Shown piece by piece: positions 9,599 to 19,945 of a stretch of 64,000 nt of DNA. Source of the DNA: Escherichia phage outra. Both the position numbers and the translations under genes were made by a program. The first letter of the stretch is position 1. Every line of letters starts with the position of its first letter. The stretch lies in the sequence record MN850645.1. One strand, given 5' to 3'. A model generated the notes under the pieces. That model searched no databases, was not told the origin of the DNA, and saw only the letters and a list, made by a program, of their open reading frames with translations.

Positions 9599-10234
9599 AT
9601 GGGAATACCATTTGATTTAAAACTTGATGGTTCTAACGATTTAGTAATGGTGGATGGTGATTTAACACTAACCACAACTAAAAGTGAAATTGCAGCACAG
9701 ACGCTTGGAATAACACTTAGAACTTTCCGTGGAGAATGGTTCCTCAACTCTAATTTTGGGGTTCCATATCTGCAAGAGATTATTGGTGTTGCCAAGAAGA
9801 AAGAGATTGTTGATCGCATTTTCTTATCAACTATCGCAAGTAATGTTTATATAGATAATATCAATTCCTACACATCCTCTTATGATAGAGATGATAGGTA
9901 TTACTCAATGAATGTTACTGTTACAGTTGGTGAACAAGTTGTTAGTGCTCTATTCAGTACACAGCCGTCTGAAGAATATATCTATCCAGAAGCTGGTGAT
10001 GATAATGCAGCAATCACTTGTGAAGCATTTGAAATTGTTGAATCTGCAAATAGACTCTATCGCTTTATTAACATTGTTGGTCTTCCTAAAGATACTTATT
10101 CTACTTGGTGGAATGAGTGGTCTAACGAGGCATTGATTGAAAAATACCTTGTTAACGAAGCCAATAAAGGTCTTGCAACCAATTACAACTATGCTATAAC
10201 AGCAACAATGGGAGCTACAAATAATAATGGCTGA
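9599..10234 (+). CDS. baseplate wedge protein, gp25 / GPW-like N-terminal domain
   Basis: N-terminal region (DGDLTLTTTKSEIAAQTLGITLRTFRGEWFLNSNFGVPY) resembles the conserved gp25/W core; carries a ~90 aa C-terminal extension. Confidence 0.55.
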   Translation: MGIPFDLKLDGSNDLVMVDGDLTLTTTKSEIAAQTLGITLRTFRGEWFLNSNFGVPYLQEIIGVAKKKEIVDRIFLSTIASNVYIDNINSYTSSYDRDDRYYSMNVTVTVGEQVVSALFSTQPSEEYIYPEAGDDNAAITCEAFEIVESANRLYRFINIVGLPKDTYSTWWNEWSNEALIEKYLVNEANKGLATNYNYAITATMGATNNNG

Positions 10235-10700
10235 TTTAACTACAATCAAGGTGTCTGATCTACCTGTAACAACATCTGTTTCAGACACAGATTATTTTGT
10301 AACAGATCAATCAGGCATCACTAAGAAAACATCCTTACGTGTTCTTCTTGCGGGTGCTGGTGTTACACGAAATCGTCTTTCTGCAAGGGGTACTGTTACA
10401 AATACCCTAGCTTTAGATATTAGCACGGCAGAGTATTTCTCTGCCACTTTATCTAGTCCAACTTGCAGTATTTCATTTAGTAATGTTCCAGTTACAACTA
10501 ACATTGTTCAAAACTTTACGCTATCCCTACGTCAAGGCAGTGGAGCAAATAAAGTAACGTGGCCTCAATCTGTTAAATGGAGTTTTGGTCGCGCTCCTGT
10601 TTTGAGTTATAAGCAGGGAGCTACAGATATTTTTGAATTTGTTAGTTATGATAATGGAGCTACCTGGATAGGTAGTTTAGTGATGGCAGGAGTGATTTAA
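10227..10700 (+). CDS. hypothetical baseplate protein
   Basis: 157 aa ORF overlapping its neighbours by 8 nt and 1 nt. Confidence 0.4.
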   Translation: MADLTTIKVSDLPVTTSVSDTDYFVTDQSGITKKTSLRVLLAGAGVTRNRLSARGTVTNTLALDISTAEYFSATLSSPTCSISFSNVPVTTNIVQNFTLSLRQGSGANKVTWPQSVKWSFGRAPVLSYKQGATDIFEFVSYDNGATWIGSLVMAGVI

Positions 10701-13576
10701 TGTCAAGAATTAAGCACAGAATTGACAATGTTTTTCAACTGATCGATGGACATATTCAGTTCTTAGATCGTAATACAGGTTTAACTGTAGATCCTACAGT
10801 GCAACACTATGTATTAAACCCACAAAACGTTCTAGCTAATAACAGACACTTTATAAACTGGACTGCTCAAGAAGGGCAACCAAACGGGGATGCTACAACA
10901 GAAGGTCAATCCGTGCTTATTCTTGGTTGCGCTTATGCATACCTAGCTTCCGGCGATACAAAGTATTTAGACTCTGCTAAAAAATATTGGCAAGCCTATA
11001 TAGATTACTTCTTTGGTGGTCAACCTATCCCAGATCCGCCAGCAAAGTATCGCCCTAACTGGATTATTAACGGTAAAGAACCACGTCTTGCACATTATCC
11101 TCTTACAGATGATGGCTACCCTACACACGGAGGTTTTAAGGGTAGCTTAATGACGTGGACTAACGGTAGAACAGTTATTCCTCATGGTGCTCCACATTGG
11201 GGAGAATACCTTGATAAAGCATGGTTTGCTTTTAATGGTAATCTAGGATGGAACTCTGTAAACGCTACAGTATATGCTGTTAATGCAGATGGTACAACAG
11301 ATTGGTCTAAGAAGGGAGATCAATGGGATGTTGATTGGATCATTGATCGTCTAGGACGTAAAGTTGATTGGGATGGAAATATCTTAGAAGAAGGTTTTCC
11401 AACATCTCAATACGGAACAGTTCAACTAAAAAATACTTCTGTAAATGGTACATATAAATTTAACTATGCGACTTGTAACCCTGTTGAACACGGTGGTTAT
11501 TTAATGGAGCGTAACACTATGTGGCATAACAGACCAGTTAACGTTCCGGTAGAAATGGGCTTTCAGGATAATGCGTCAGATGCCGAAACTTGGTGGTGTG
11601 ATGCTAATTACCTGATGTACCAAATTACAGGAGAAAGAAAATATTGGCTATGCTGGCAGTCTTCACTGTTAGTGTGTCAAGATTATTCAAACATTGATAT
11701 GTTTGATAAATTCTTCCGTAAGTCTACATATGCAACTATCCCGTTTACAGATGGCATCTCTTACGATTATTCGTATCCATCTACAGCAATACCTAAATAT
11801 TCAAGAGATACTTTAGGTTATATTGTTATTAGACAAGATGTTGCTGCTCAAACAACATTAGAACAGCAATCTATTTGGTTTAAAGTTGATCAGAACTCTA
11901 AGTTACGAGTTCAGTTCCAAGGCGTAGATGACGCAGGACATGGTATTCTTTTCCGTCCAGAATTGGAGCTAAGTAAGACCAAAGATGAAAATAACACAGT
12001 AACTTACCGTTGTGGCTTACCATTAGGTACAGCTAATATGACAAGCATGGATATTCCATTATCCAGCTTTATGAGAAGTACCCCTCCGAATGGTGGAACA
12101 TATATTATCGCAGATCCGCGAATTATTGTTGACTGGGGTGACAATACTGTGGTACAATTTAAGTATGTAACAGGTATTGCTGGAACTAATAATGACCAGA
12201 TTGTTACTGCATCAATGGATACGGATGGTGGTGTCACTGTTGGTTTTTGGTTAACTCCTACATCAAAAGCTAATGTTAAGTCTATTACATATAGAACATA
12301 TGAAGATGACTTTAACATGACTATCACGGATGCTCAAGGTTGGAGATGGTGGGCTATGCTGCCTAAAACGCAAGGAGCATGGAGTACGAAGACTTTATCA
12401 GCTTCTGATTTTCAGTTAAGTGCTTACCAGCCTAATCATCCAGATACAGATCCTAAACCTTCAGCAATAAATCTTACTGCGGTAGATCAGGTAAATTTAG
12501 TTCTTGATACGGCTCCTGTCAATGGTTTAACAGGAACAATAGATTTCTATTGTATTAATGATGTACCTGAAAGATATTCGTCATCTTCTGGTGATGATTA
12601 TACCATGTACTTCCGTATTACTGTACAGGCTTCAAGTCCTCATACTGCTAAGTTAGGTGATTGTACTATTATTGACTATAAGTTAAATAGTCTTAATTAC
12701 ACACCAGGAATAATTCCATTCTCTAATATCAGTGACCCAAACACTGCATTATACGATGGATGGCGTGGTATTCCATACCCAGGATACCAGTATCCTTCCT
12801 TATACTGCTTCGCAGGTAGGGATATTGATTGGACACGTTTAAACAACAGTATTGATTTCTTGTATGATGCTCAAATGTGGTTTTATAACACGTTTGATCC
12901 TGTGATGCCTGGGCCTATGGCACAAGCATATGTGTGGGATCGTTGGGATGCAAGAAAATACGGTGAACCTAATACGTTTACAATGAAACACTGGAATGAA
13001 AAAGCGTGGGATGGTTATGAAGCTCGTGCATTCTACTGTGCTTGTCATGCTGTATACGAACTTGTACAAAGAGGAGAAACACCTCCTGAAAAACTAGTAA
13101 CTGTTTGTAAAAATTGGATCAACTACCTTAAATGGTTCCAAGACAATAATGATGGAAGAACACCAACTATCTTTAACCCAGATGGTACAGTTCTTGCGCC
13201 TATAGATGACTTTACTAGTCATATGTCTGCACTGTTTATGGCGGGTTGTTCAATCATGGGCTTGGCAGGTTATGATTCACAAATTCCAAACATTGGTATT
13301 GTAGCAGACAGATGTTTTGATCTGATTCAGCAAAACTATATTGTGCTCTCCCCTAACCATCCAATGAATGGTTGCTGGAGTGTTGCACCGCGTCCAGATT
13401 CAGATAACGGAATGTTCTTTGGTTTCCATGCTGGAGAACTATTACGTGGTTTTGGTTTATATGCTTTATATCGTAAACTAAATCCTCAAAACGCCTTACC
13501 AATTTTGGACAATAGTAACATACCGACACTAACTGTTCTAACTATGAATGATATTAGTGTTGATGTAACCAAATAA
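10700..13576 (+). CDS. large baseplate wedge / tail structural protein (958 aa), possibly carbohydrate-interacting
   Basis: Start coupled to the previous stop (TAATG); Trp/Tyr-rich; inserted between the W-like and J-like genes; function not recognisable by eye. Confidence 0.45.
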   Translation: MSRIKHRIDNVFQLIDGHIQFLDRNTGLTVDPTVQHYVLNPQNVLANNRHFINWTAQEGQPNGDATTEGQSVLILGCAYAYLASGDTKYLDSAKKYWQAYIDYFFGGQPIPDPPAKYRPNWIINGKEPRLAHYPLTDDGYPTHGGFKGSLMTWTNGRTVIPHGAPHWGEYLDKAWFAFNGNLGWNSVNATVYAVNADGTTDWSKKGDQWDVDWIIDRLGRKVDWDGNILEEGFPTSQYGTVQLKNTSVNGTYKFNYATCNPVEHGGYLMERNTMWHNRPVNVPVEMGFQDNASDAETWWCDANYLMYQITGERKYWLCWQSSLLVCQDYSNIDMFDKFFRKSTYATIPFTDGISYDYSYPSTAIPKYSRDTLGYIVIRQDVAAQTTLEQQSIWFKVDQNSKLRVQFQGVDDAGHGILFRPELELSKTKDENNTVTYRCGLPLGTANMTSMDIPLSSFMRSTPPNGGTYIIADPRIIVDWGDNTVVQFKYVTGIAGTNNDQIVTASMDTDGGVTVGFWLTPTSKANVKSITYRTYEDDFNMTITDAQGWRWWAMLPKTQGAWSTKTLSASDFQLSAYQPNHPDTDPKPSAINLTAVDQVNLVLDTAPVNGLTGTIDFYCINDVPERYSSSSGDDYTMYFRITVQASSPHTAKLGDCTIIDYKLNSLNYTPGIIPFSNISDPNTALYDGWRGIPYPGYQYPSLYCFAGRDIDWTRLNNSIDFLYDAQMWFYNTFDPVMPGPMAQAYVWDRWDARKYGEPNTFTMKHWNEKAWDGYEARAFYCACHAVYELVQRGETPPEKLVTVCKNWINYLKWFQDNNDGRTPTIFNPDGTVLAPIDDFTSHMSALFMAGCSIMGLAGYDSQIPNIGIVADRCFDLIQQNYIVLSPNHPMNGCWSVAPRPDSDNGMFFGFHAGELLRGFGLYALYRKLNPQNALPILDNSNIPTLTVLTMNDISVDVTK

Positions 13577-13584
13577 GGAAAATA

Positions 13585-15660
13585 ATGAAACAGGCTATTT
13601 TTACTGTAACTCGAAATACGAGAGTAAATGCCAGTTCATTCAGCTATAAGACCGTCGATGGAACGGCGGTCGCTGGTAGAGATTATGTAGCTAAACAGGG
13701 AACAGTAACGTTCCCTTCTGATGCAGATTCTGCTACTGTAGTGGTTGATGTATATGAACGTCCGGCAAACTCTTTAGATCTTTATTTTACTCTTGAGATT
13801 ACTAGCATAAGTCAAAATAACATGATGATCAACGAAGAAATTCGTTGTGTTATTACGACTGATCAATCGAATACAACCCCGCTAACTTGGCCTGTTGTGA
13901 AGTCTAGAATGTTTGATCCTAAGTTTTGGACAATAGATTCTCAAGCAACAGAAAGTTGTTCTATTATCTCTAATGGTGATTCTTTCACAGCAAGAATGGT
14001 TAATAGGACAGTGGCTGGTCTTGCTGGGATTATTTGGTCAACTTACGATAAATATGATCACAAAGGATTAGGCTACCAAGAACATTCTGACTTAAGTAAA
14101 GAGAAACTTTGGTTTAAAATGGAACTTAGTCAAGGTGTTCCTGGATTAAAAGAAGAAAAATTAATGCCATCCTTAACAGTGACACTGAAGGATGAAACAG
14201 TTCATTATGTATCTCTAAACTTTTATGCAGAAGAAGTTTCAGAGGACGGTAAAACAGCAATAATCAAATTAGATTTCTCAAATTTAAAATCTGGGCCAGA
14301 AAATGATATTGTTGTTGACACTACACAGATAGATAACATGTTCTTCTCCTTGATTTCCGCAAGGTATCAAGAAATTGAAGATGTTATACCAGTAGACAAT
14401 ATAGATCTTTCCTTTAAGTTTACCATACTAGAGCCTGATACTGGTTACAGTATGATGAATATGGGTAATTTAAATGTTCCGGCGCACACCATAAGAATGT
14501 GTACATCTTATGATGATATGTATAACCTAACACCAGAGCGAGTTATTTCTAACACCTATAGATTAGGTTATAGAGATATGATTAACCATTATAATGGTAT
14601 GTCACACTATTATCAATTTAGTTGGGATGCCGGATCTAATAAATGGGCTTTGAATAGAACAGAATATTTAAACCCAGCAACAGAAGCCTGGTTTGATAAT
14701 TTCCACGCTAATGCAAAAGCTATGGGCTACACAGTAATGAACTCCTTAAGTTTTGAACTTATGAGTACAGTGTGTCCTGTAGAATGGGTACAACATACTT
14801 GGAATGATGATCTGGCTGCTACAGGTTATGAGCCACCAAGTTATGTTTTATCTCCTTCAATTGATGAAGGGATGAATTATTTACAAGGTGTAATAAATAA
14901 GATAGCTTCTATATCCGCTGCCAATGATCTTCCTGTTATTATTCAGGTTGGTGAACCGTGGTGGTGGTATAACACAGCTACCAATCTACCGTGTATCTAT
15001 GATTATACAACCAAAGTTGCATTTAATAATGAAACTGGGTTATATGCACAAGATGTTGGTACAGTTAAGAATTATAAAACTGGTACACCATATGATGAAT
15101 ATTATGCATTCCTATCTAAAACATTAGGACTGCGTGTTGCTAAATTTGCAACAGATACTAAATTAGCCTATCCTGGAGCTAAAGTTACATTATTACCATT
15201 TGTGCCATCCATTTTAGGTAACGGTATGATGGAGTTTGTTAACTTCCCTAAAGATCATTATATCCCAGAAAACTTTGACTTTTATTGTTCAGAATGTTAT
15301 GACTGGTTGTTGGAAGGTCAGATGGAAAGATCTTTCGACGCTATCAAAATACCTAATGAGCAACTAGGTTTTAGTTATGATAAGATACATTATCTTGCAG
15401 GGTTTGTTCCAGATGCAACTCTAGCACCATTATATGGCTTTGATCCTGAATCAGACTACAGAACATATTTGTGGAAAATGATTATAGGTAATATTGTATT
15501 GAATGACCAGAAGTTTGTTGGTTTGTATCAATACATATGGGCTTATCCACAAATTATGGCAGATTCATTAACTGTTCTTAATTCAAAATCCCAAGTTTTT
15601 TATATGGGTAACGTACCTCTGAATGTCTTTTTACAAGATACAGTATATGTTTCTTCTTAA
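13585..15660 (+). CDS. large baseplate / tail structural protein (691 aa)
   Basis: RBS AAGGAAAA; long ORF in the baseplate operon; no motif recognised. Confidence 0.45.
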   Translation: MKQAIFTVTRNTRVNASSFSYKTVDGTAVAGRDYVAKQGTVTFPSDADSATVVVDVYERPANSLDLYFTLEITSISQNNMMINEEIRCVITTDQSNTTPLTWPVVKSRMFDPKFWTIDSQATESCSIISNGDSFTARMVNRTVAGLAGIIWSTYDKYDHKGLGYQEHSDLSKEKLWFKMELSQGVPGLKEEKLMPSLTVTLKDETVHYVSLNFYAEEVSEDGKTAIIKLDFSNLKSGPENDIVVDTTQIDNMFFSLISARYQEIEDVIPVDNIDLSFKFTILEPDTGYSMMNMGNLNVPAHTIRMCTSYDDMYNLTPERVISNTYRLGYRDMINHYNGMSHYYQFSWDAGSNKWALNRTEYLNPATEAWFDNFHANAKAMGYTVMNSLSFELMSTVCPVEWVQHTWNDDLAATGYEPPSYVLSPSIDEGMNYLQGVINKIASISAANDLPVIIQVGEPWWWYNTATNLPCIYDYTTKVAFNNETGLYAQDVGTVKNYKTGTPYDEYYAFLSKTLGLRVAKFATDTKLAYPGAKVTLLPFVPSILGNGMMEFVNFPKDHYIPENFDFYCSECYDWLLEGQMERSFDAIKIPNEQLGFSYDKIHYLAGFVPDATLAPLYGFDPESDYRTYLWKMIIGNIVLNDQKFVGLYQYIWAYPQIMADSLTVLNSKSQVFYMGNVPLNVFLQDTVYVSS

Positions 15661-15671
15661 GGATCTCTAGT

Positions 15672-15917
15672 ATGAGAAAATTTTTAATAGGTATGTTTTG
15701 TACATATCCTGATAATAAAGTCAGTTCTACTAAAGTTTGGAATGCTATTGGTATGATTGTTATGTCCAGTATGTTTATTTATTTGGGAATTGATAAAGAA
15801 ATTCCTGAATGGATGGGCTGGGCTTTTGTTTTTATGATCACACCATCCAGACTAATGAAGAATTTAATAGATTTACGTTGGGGCAGATCACCTGCCCCTG
15901 ATAAGGAGGATAACTAA
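15672..15917 (+). CDS. small membrane protein (two predicted TM helices)
   Basis: 81 aa with two hydrophobic stretches (IGMIVMSSMFIYLGI and WMGWAFVFMITP); its stop overlaps the J-like start (TAATG). Confidence 0.4.
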   Translation: MRKFLIGMFCTYPDNKVSSTKVWNAIGMIVMSSMFIYLGIDKEIPEWMGWAFVFMITPSRLMKNLIDLRWGRSPAPDKEDN

Positions 15918-17404
15918 TGGCAGATTATGGTTTAACAGATGCTGGTTTTGTCATTCCAACGTTTGATGATATTCTAAATAATTATATGACAGCATTGAAA
16001 AACACTTTCGGTGCAGATACAGCTACATCTGAAGATACTGTCTTTGGTCAACTGTTTCGTATTATTGCATATACAGATTACACCCTTTGGGAAGGTATGC
16101 AAGGTGTTTACAATACCCAAACCTTAGATGGTGCAGAAGGTATTTACCTTGATGAAATTTTCTCTAAGAGAGGTTTTTATCGTAAGGCAGCTTCTGCTGG
16201 TAGTGGTTATGCTTATGTTAAATCTAACAATAAGGCAGCTTGGACTTATGAACTAAGCACCGATGTTTATTTTAATGCCGATAACGATTTGACATATTAT
16301 GTCAGTGCACCAACAATGTTGAATGCTAAGATTGGAGCATATACCATTTCTAAAGCAAACGCAACAGCTTCTGGTGAAACTTCTATTACTTTCTACATTC
16401 AAAGTGCTATTGATGGTGGTCTTAACAGTAAAACACTAAGTCCTAGCAATACAAACTTTATTTTAGATCTCACGAATTTCATTAAAGCTAACGTATCAAC
16501 AACAGATCGTGCTTTAGTATGGAATGATGCCAGTAATGTTTACATGGGTTATAATCCAGAAGATAATGTTAACCCAATAGGTCTAGTAACACCAGTGAAA
16601 TTTTACGCATCTATTGCAATTGGTACAAAATGGAGTGAAATCCCAGTTACGTGTTCAGACGTTGGTTATAATCCAGTAGGTACAGAAAGTATTACAGGTA
16701 TTTCTTCAACGTTTACAGGCTTTTTAGATACAGGTAACTTCTATCCATTCTCTCCAGGTACGGATGTTGAAACAGATGCAGAATTCCGTTCTCGTTTCAA
16801 TGATAATATGGATGAAGCTAATGCTGCTACTCGTGCTGCTATTGTTAAAGCTCTGCTACTGACAGATGGTGTGACAAAGGTTAAGATTTATGATAACCCT
16901 ACACTACATGATCAGGAACATGCTCCAGCTATGACATTCCAGACTATTGTGTATGGCGGTACAGCAGAAGAAGTTGCACAGGTTATTTATAATACTAAGC
17001 CTATTAACACCTTAACCTATGGTACAACAGCAATTACTATCGTAACAGAAGATGGCGGTCAAGAAGTAATTCGTTTTTCTCCTGGTGACAATGCTGAATA
17101 TTCACTTAAACTAGTATATCAAACTGGCAATGGTAGTGTATTAAGTACAACAGAAAGAGAAAATATTGTTTCTGCTCTTTCAAATCTACAGGCTTATTTT
17201 GAGTTAGGTTCAACAGTAACTAACGATCAGATAAAAGGTGTAATTTATTCTGCACTTGCGTTCGGACGCTTGACTTCTCTCCGTGTTTATGTTAAACTTA
17301 ATACTGAGGATGACAGTAAATATAATGAGGGAGATATCACTCCAGCGTACAATGTTGTACCATCCTTTGACCTTGATAATATTTCCTACGAGTACGGAGT
17401 CTAA
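15917..17404 (+). CDS. baseplate J-like protein
   Basis: 495 aa; RBS AAGGAGGA; size and N-terminal region resemble the baseplate J (gpJ / Mu gp47 / T4 gp6-like) family; followed by I-like, fiber and assembly genes. Confidence 0.7.
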   Translation: MADYGLTDAGFVIPTFDDILNNYMTALKNTFGADTATSEDTVFGQLFRIIAYTDYTLWEGMQGVYNTQTLDGAEGIYLDEIFSKRGFYRKAASAGSGYAYVKSNNKAAWTYELSTDVYFNADNDLTYYVSAPTMLNAKIGAYTISKANATASGETSITFYIQSAIDGGLNSKTLSPSNTNFILDLTNFIKANVSTTDRALVWNDASNVYMGYNPEDNVNPIGLVTPVKFYASIAIGTKWSEIPVTCSDVGYNPVGTESITGISSTFTGFLDTGNFYPFSPGTDVETDAEFRSRFNDNMDEANAATRAAIVKALLLTDGVTKVKIYDNPTLHDQEHAPAMTFQTIVYGGTAEEVAQVIYNTKPINTLTYGTTAITIVTEDGGQEVIRFSPGDNAEYSLKLVYQTGNGSVLSTTERENIVSALSNLQAYFELGSTVTNDQIKGVIYSALAFGRLTSLRVYVKLNTEDDSKYNEGDITPAYNVVPSFDLDNISYEYGV

Positions 17405-17406
17405 AA

Positions 17407-18036
17407 ATGGCAGTGAGTGTTGACCATGTGACAACGTGGGATAGTATCAATGAAGATGTTAAAGACCTACTGATTGAAGATTTTAAATCTTCTCCGAACA
17501 TTGTCAAACTACTCTATATCATTTCTAGCGAAAAACAAAAGATAGATCAGGCAATGATCTATCTTGCCAAACACCGCTTAATCTCTACTGCAACTGGTAA
17601 GTATTTAGATCTTATTGGTGAAGAGATGGGGATGGAAAGAAATGGTGCTACAGATGAAGAGTATCGTACAATATTAAAAATCAGGGCTTATCGTGTTGCG
17701 TCTTCTGGTACGCGAGATGATATCATTGATATGTTCGCTCGTTTTACAGGAACAGAAAAAGAAACGATTAATACATACGTTGGATTAAATAAAACATTCG
17801 ACGTATTCTTTTATAATTTGTGTCTACAATCCGATCAGGCAGTAGCACAGTTACTTAACGTTTTCCCGATCCTAAGTAGTTATCGCTTAGGTGCGAAAGC
17901 GGGTGCAGCCTTTGGTTTCACTTCCTATTATGCCACAACTCCACCTCATGGTATAGGTGGTTTAGGTTCTCTTTACACAGAGGCTGAAGGAGATGATACA
18001 GGGCGAATGACTATGCTGATAGCTCAAATAGAATAA
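17407..18036 (+). CDS. baseplate / tail protein I-like
   Basis: 209 aa gene directly after the J-like gene and before the tail fiber, as in P2/Mu operons. Confidence 0.5.
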   Translation: MAVSVDHVTTWDSINEDVKDLLIEDFKSSPNIVKLLYIISSEKQKIDQAMIYLAKHRLISTATGKYLDLIGEEMGMERNGATDEEYRTILKIRAYRVASSGTRDDIIDMFARFTGTEKETINTYVGLNKTFDVFFYNLCLQSDQAVAQLLNVFPILSSYRLGAKAGAAFGFTSYYATTPPHGIGGLGSLYTEAEGDDTGRMTMLIAQIE

Positions 18037-18049
18037 GGAGTTACTCTTA

Positions 18050-19033
18050 ATGGCAAAGCCACAATACTACCCTGACTGGGCGACACAAACAGTAACCCTC
18101 CCAGGAACGGGAAACACAAACAAGATTAGACCAAAAGAAACCATCCGTAATGTTGGTATGGACTTTGGTCAGATTATGACTTGTGAAGAAATGAACTGGA
18201 TCTTAAACAATATTGGGTCTTGGATTCGCTATATGCAAGATGAATTCTTCCCAACATTGCCTACTACATATCTTCCTATAGTCGGTACTAAAATTACAAT
18301 GGCAGGTGATGCTACAGGTGAAGTCACATGGAATGGTAATGCTGCTGTAACATTATCTATTCAAGTAGTAGATAACAGCCATAATCACTTATCAGCTAAC
18401 ATTACAGACGCAACATCAAACCAAGTTGTAGGGAATGTCCTTGTTAAGCGTGATAATGGTGGTGCTATCTATGCAGGTGATATTTACACTTGTGGTACAG
18501 GTGCTACAGATCCTGCAACATTATTTTTTAGAAACTACAACGGACAAACAGTAGGTAATATGTCCTCTGAACCAGGTGCAGGTGGTCAACTCTATATTTA
18601 TAGAATGAACCCATCAACTGGAGGAACATCTTGTGCAGTCCGTTTATATGATGCAGGTTATGTTTTAATAGACAACCCTCGTTCTAATTCTGGTCAAGAT
18701 ACTGGTAATGGTAATGCTCTTGTAAGATTAGACTATCTTAACTCCAGACTAAACTCATTGCAAAGCACACTGCAAAATAATATTAACAACGTTAATAGTA
18801 ACTTGCAAGGCCAAATTAATAGCATTAACAATAGAGTTTCTTCTGTTGTGTCTGCTATCCGTCTTGGAACACGTATCCAAGCTGGTGTATCTGAGTCTCG
18901 TTTCTATGCTGGTCACGTGATCACAGGTTGGGGTTTTGGTGACAAGAAAGAACTTCGTGGTGCTTGGTATTGGTCAGCCCCGCTACAATATTATATTAAT
19001 GGTAGCTGGATAACAGTAACCAACGTTTCGTAA
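18050..19033 (+). CDS. tail fiber protein
   Basis: 327 aa; RBS AAGGAG; Gly/Asn/Thr-rich beta-type sequence; followed by a tail fiber assembly gene. Confidence 0.6.
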   Translation: MAKPQYYPDWATQTVTLPGTGNTNKIRPKETIRNVGMDFGQIMTCEEMNWILNNIGSWIRYMQDEFFPTLPTTYLPIVGTKITMAGDATGEVTWNGNAAVTLSIQVVDNSHNHLSANITDATSNQVVGNVLVKRDNGGAIYAGDIYTCGTGATDPATLFFRNYNGQTVGNMSSEPGAGGQLYIYRMNPSTGGTSCAVRLYDAGYVLIDNPRSNSGQDTGNGNALVRLDYLNSRLNSLQSTLQNNINNVNSNLQGQINSINNRVSSVVSAIRLGTRIQAGVSESRFYAGHVITGWGFGDKKELRGAWYWSAPLQYYINGSWITVTNVS

Positions 19034-19042
19034 GGAGAGTCT

Positions 19043-19594
19043 ATGAAAAAAGACGTTATTTTTACAGGTTTTGAATTGTATGAACCAGAATTAACAGAAG
19101 AAAATATTCTTTATCTTTCTGTTGGTGGTGGTTTTTTGCAAGACAAAGATGGTAACGACTGGTATCAGCTTCAAAAAACTTTGATGGTAGAATATCCCGA
19201 CGCTTATTTTATTACCTTAGATGATAATAATATTGTACGTGGTGCTACTAAAGATGTTACTACCTATTTCCCTGCCGGACAATCTATTTTAGTTACATAT
19301 AATGTACCAGATAAAATAGAAGATGAAAGTAACATTGGCTCTTGGCAATATGTTGAAGGTAAGTTTGTTCCTCACAATAATCTTGCTATTGAAGATGCTA
19401 CTCTTAAGTTAGAAAAGGAGCTAACTTGGGCTACGAATCAAGTGTCTGCGATTCAAGATTTAGAGGAATTACAAGGTTTATCTGAAGAACAAAAAGATTG
19501 GTTAGGAAAAGTTAAACTCTATCGTGCAACATTAATTCAAATTAACGTTGAAGATGCACCTAATATAACTTGGCCTACAAGACCTAAGAAATAG
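19043..19594 (+). CDS. tail fiber assembly protein (Tfa / gpG-like)
   Basis: 183 aa; C-terminal LYRATLIQINVEDAPNITWPTRP resembles the conserved Tfa-family C-terminal signature; located after the fiber gene. Confidence 0.7.
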   Translation: MKKDVIFTGFELYEPELTEENILYLSVGGGFLQDKDGNDWYQLQKTLMVEYPDAYFITLDDNNIVRGATKDVTTYFPAGQSILVTYNVPDKIEDESNIGSWQYVEGKFVPHNNLAIEDATLKLEKELTWATNQVSAIQDLEELQGLSEEQKDWLGKVKLYRATLIQINVEDAPNITWPTRPKK

Positions 19595-19603
19595 GGGCAA
19601 TGT

Positions 19604-19945
19604 ATGGAGCTAACAGAAGTATGGGATATCGCTAAAGAGGCGATTATCCCTCTTATTGGCGTAATCTGGGTGGTCTTCAAACAGAAGATAGATGATATGG
19701 CAAGTGATTTGGATAAAATGGAAGACAAATACCGCGAACTAGAAAAGAAGTTGGTGTTTGTTGAATCCACTTATGCTACCAAAGCAGAACTTGCTCAAAT
19801 GCTTAACCAGATCAACTCTACATTAATGGCAAATAATACTGCCTTAGAACAGAAGATTGAAAAAATAATGGATTTAAAAAATGCTCCTGTTCAATTAATG
19901 CTAGAGGAGATTACAAAGCGCACACAAAGTAAGGACAAAAATTAA
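19604..19945 (+). CDS. hypothetical protein with N-terminal TM segment and coiled coil
   Basis: 113 aa; hydrophobic IIPLIGVIWVVF then a heptad-rich charged region; stop overlaps the tailspike start (TAATG). Confidence 0.4.
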   Translation: MELTEVWDIAKEAIIPLIGVIWVVFKQKIDDMASDLDKMEDKYRELEKKLVFVESTYATKAELAQMLNQINSTLMANNTALEQKIEKIMDLKNAPVQLMLEEITKRTQSKDKN

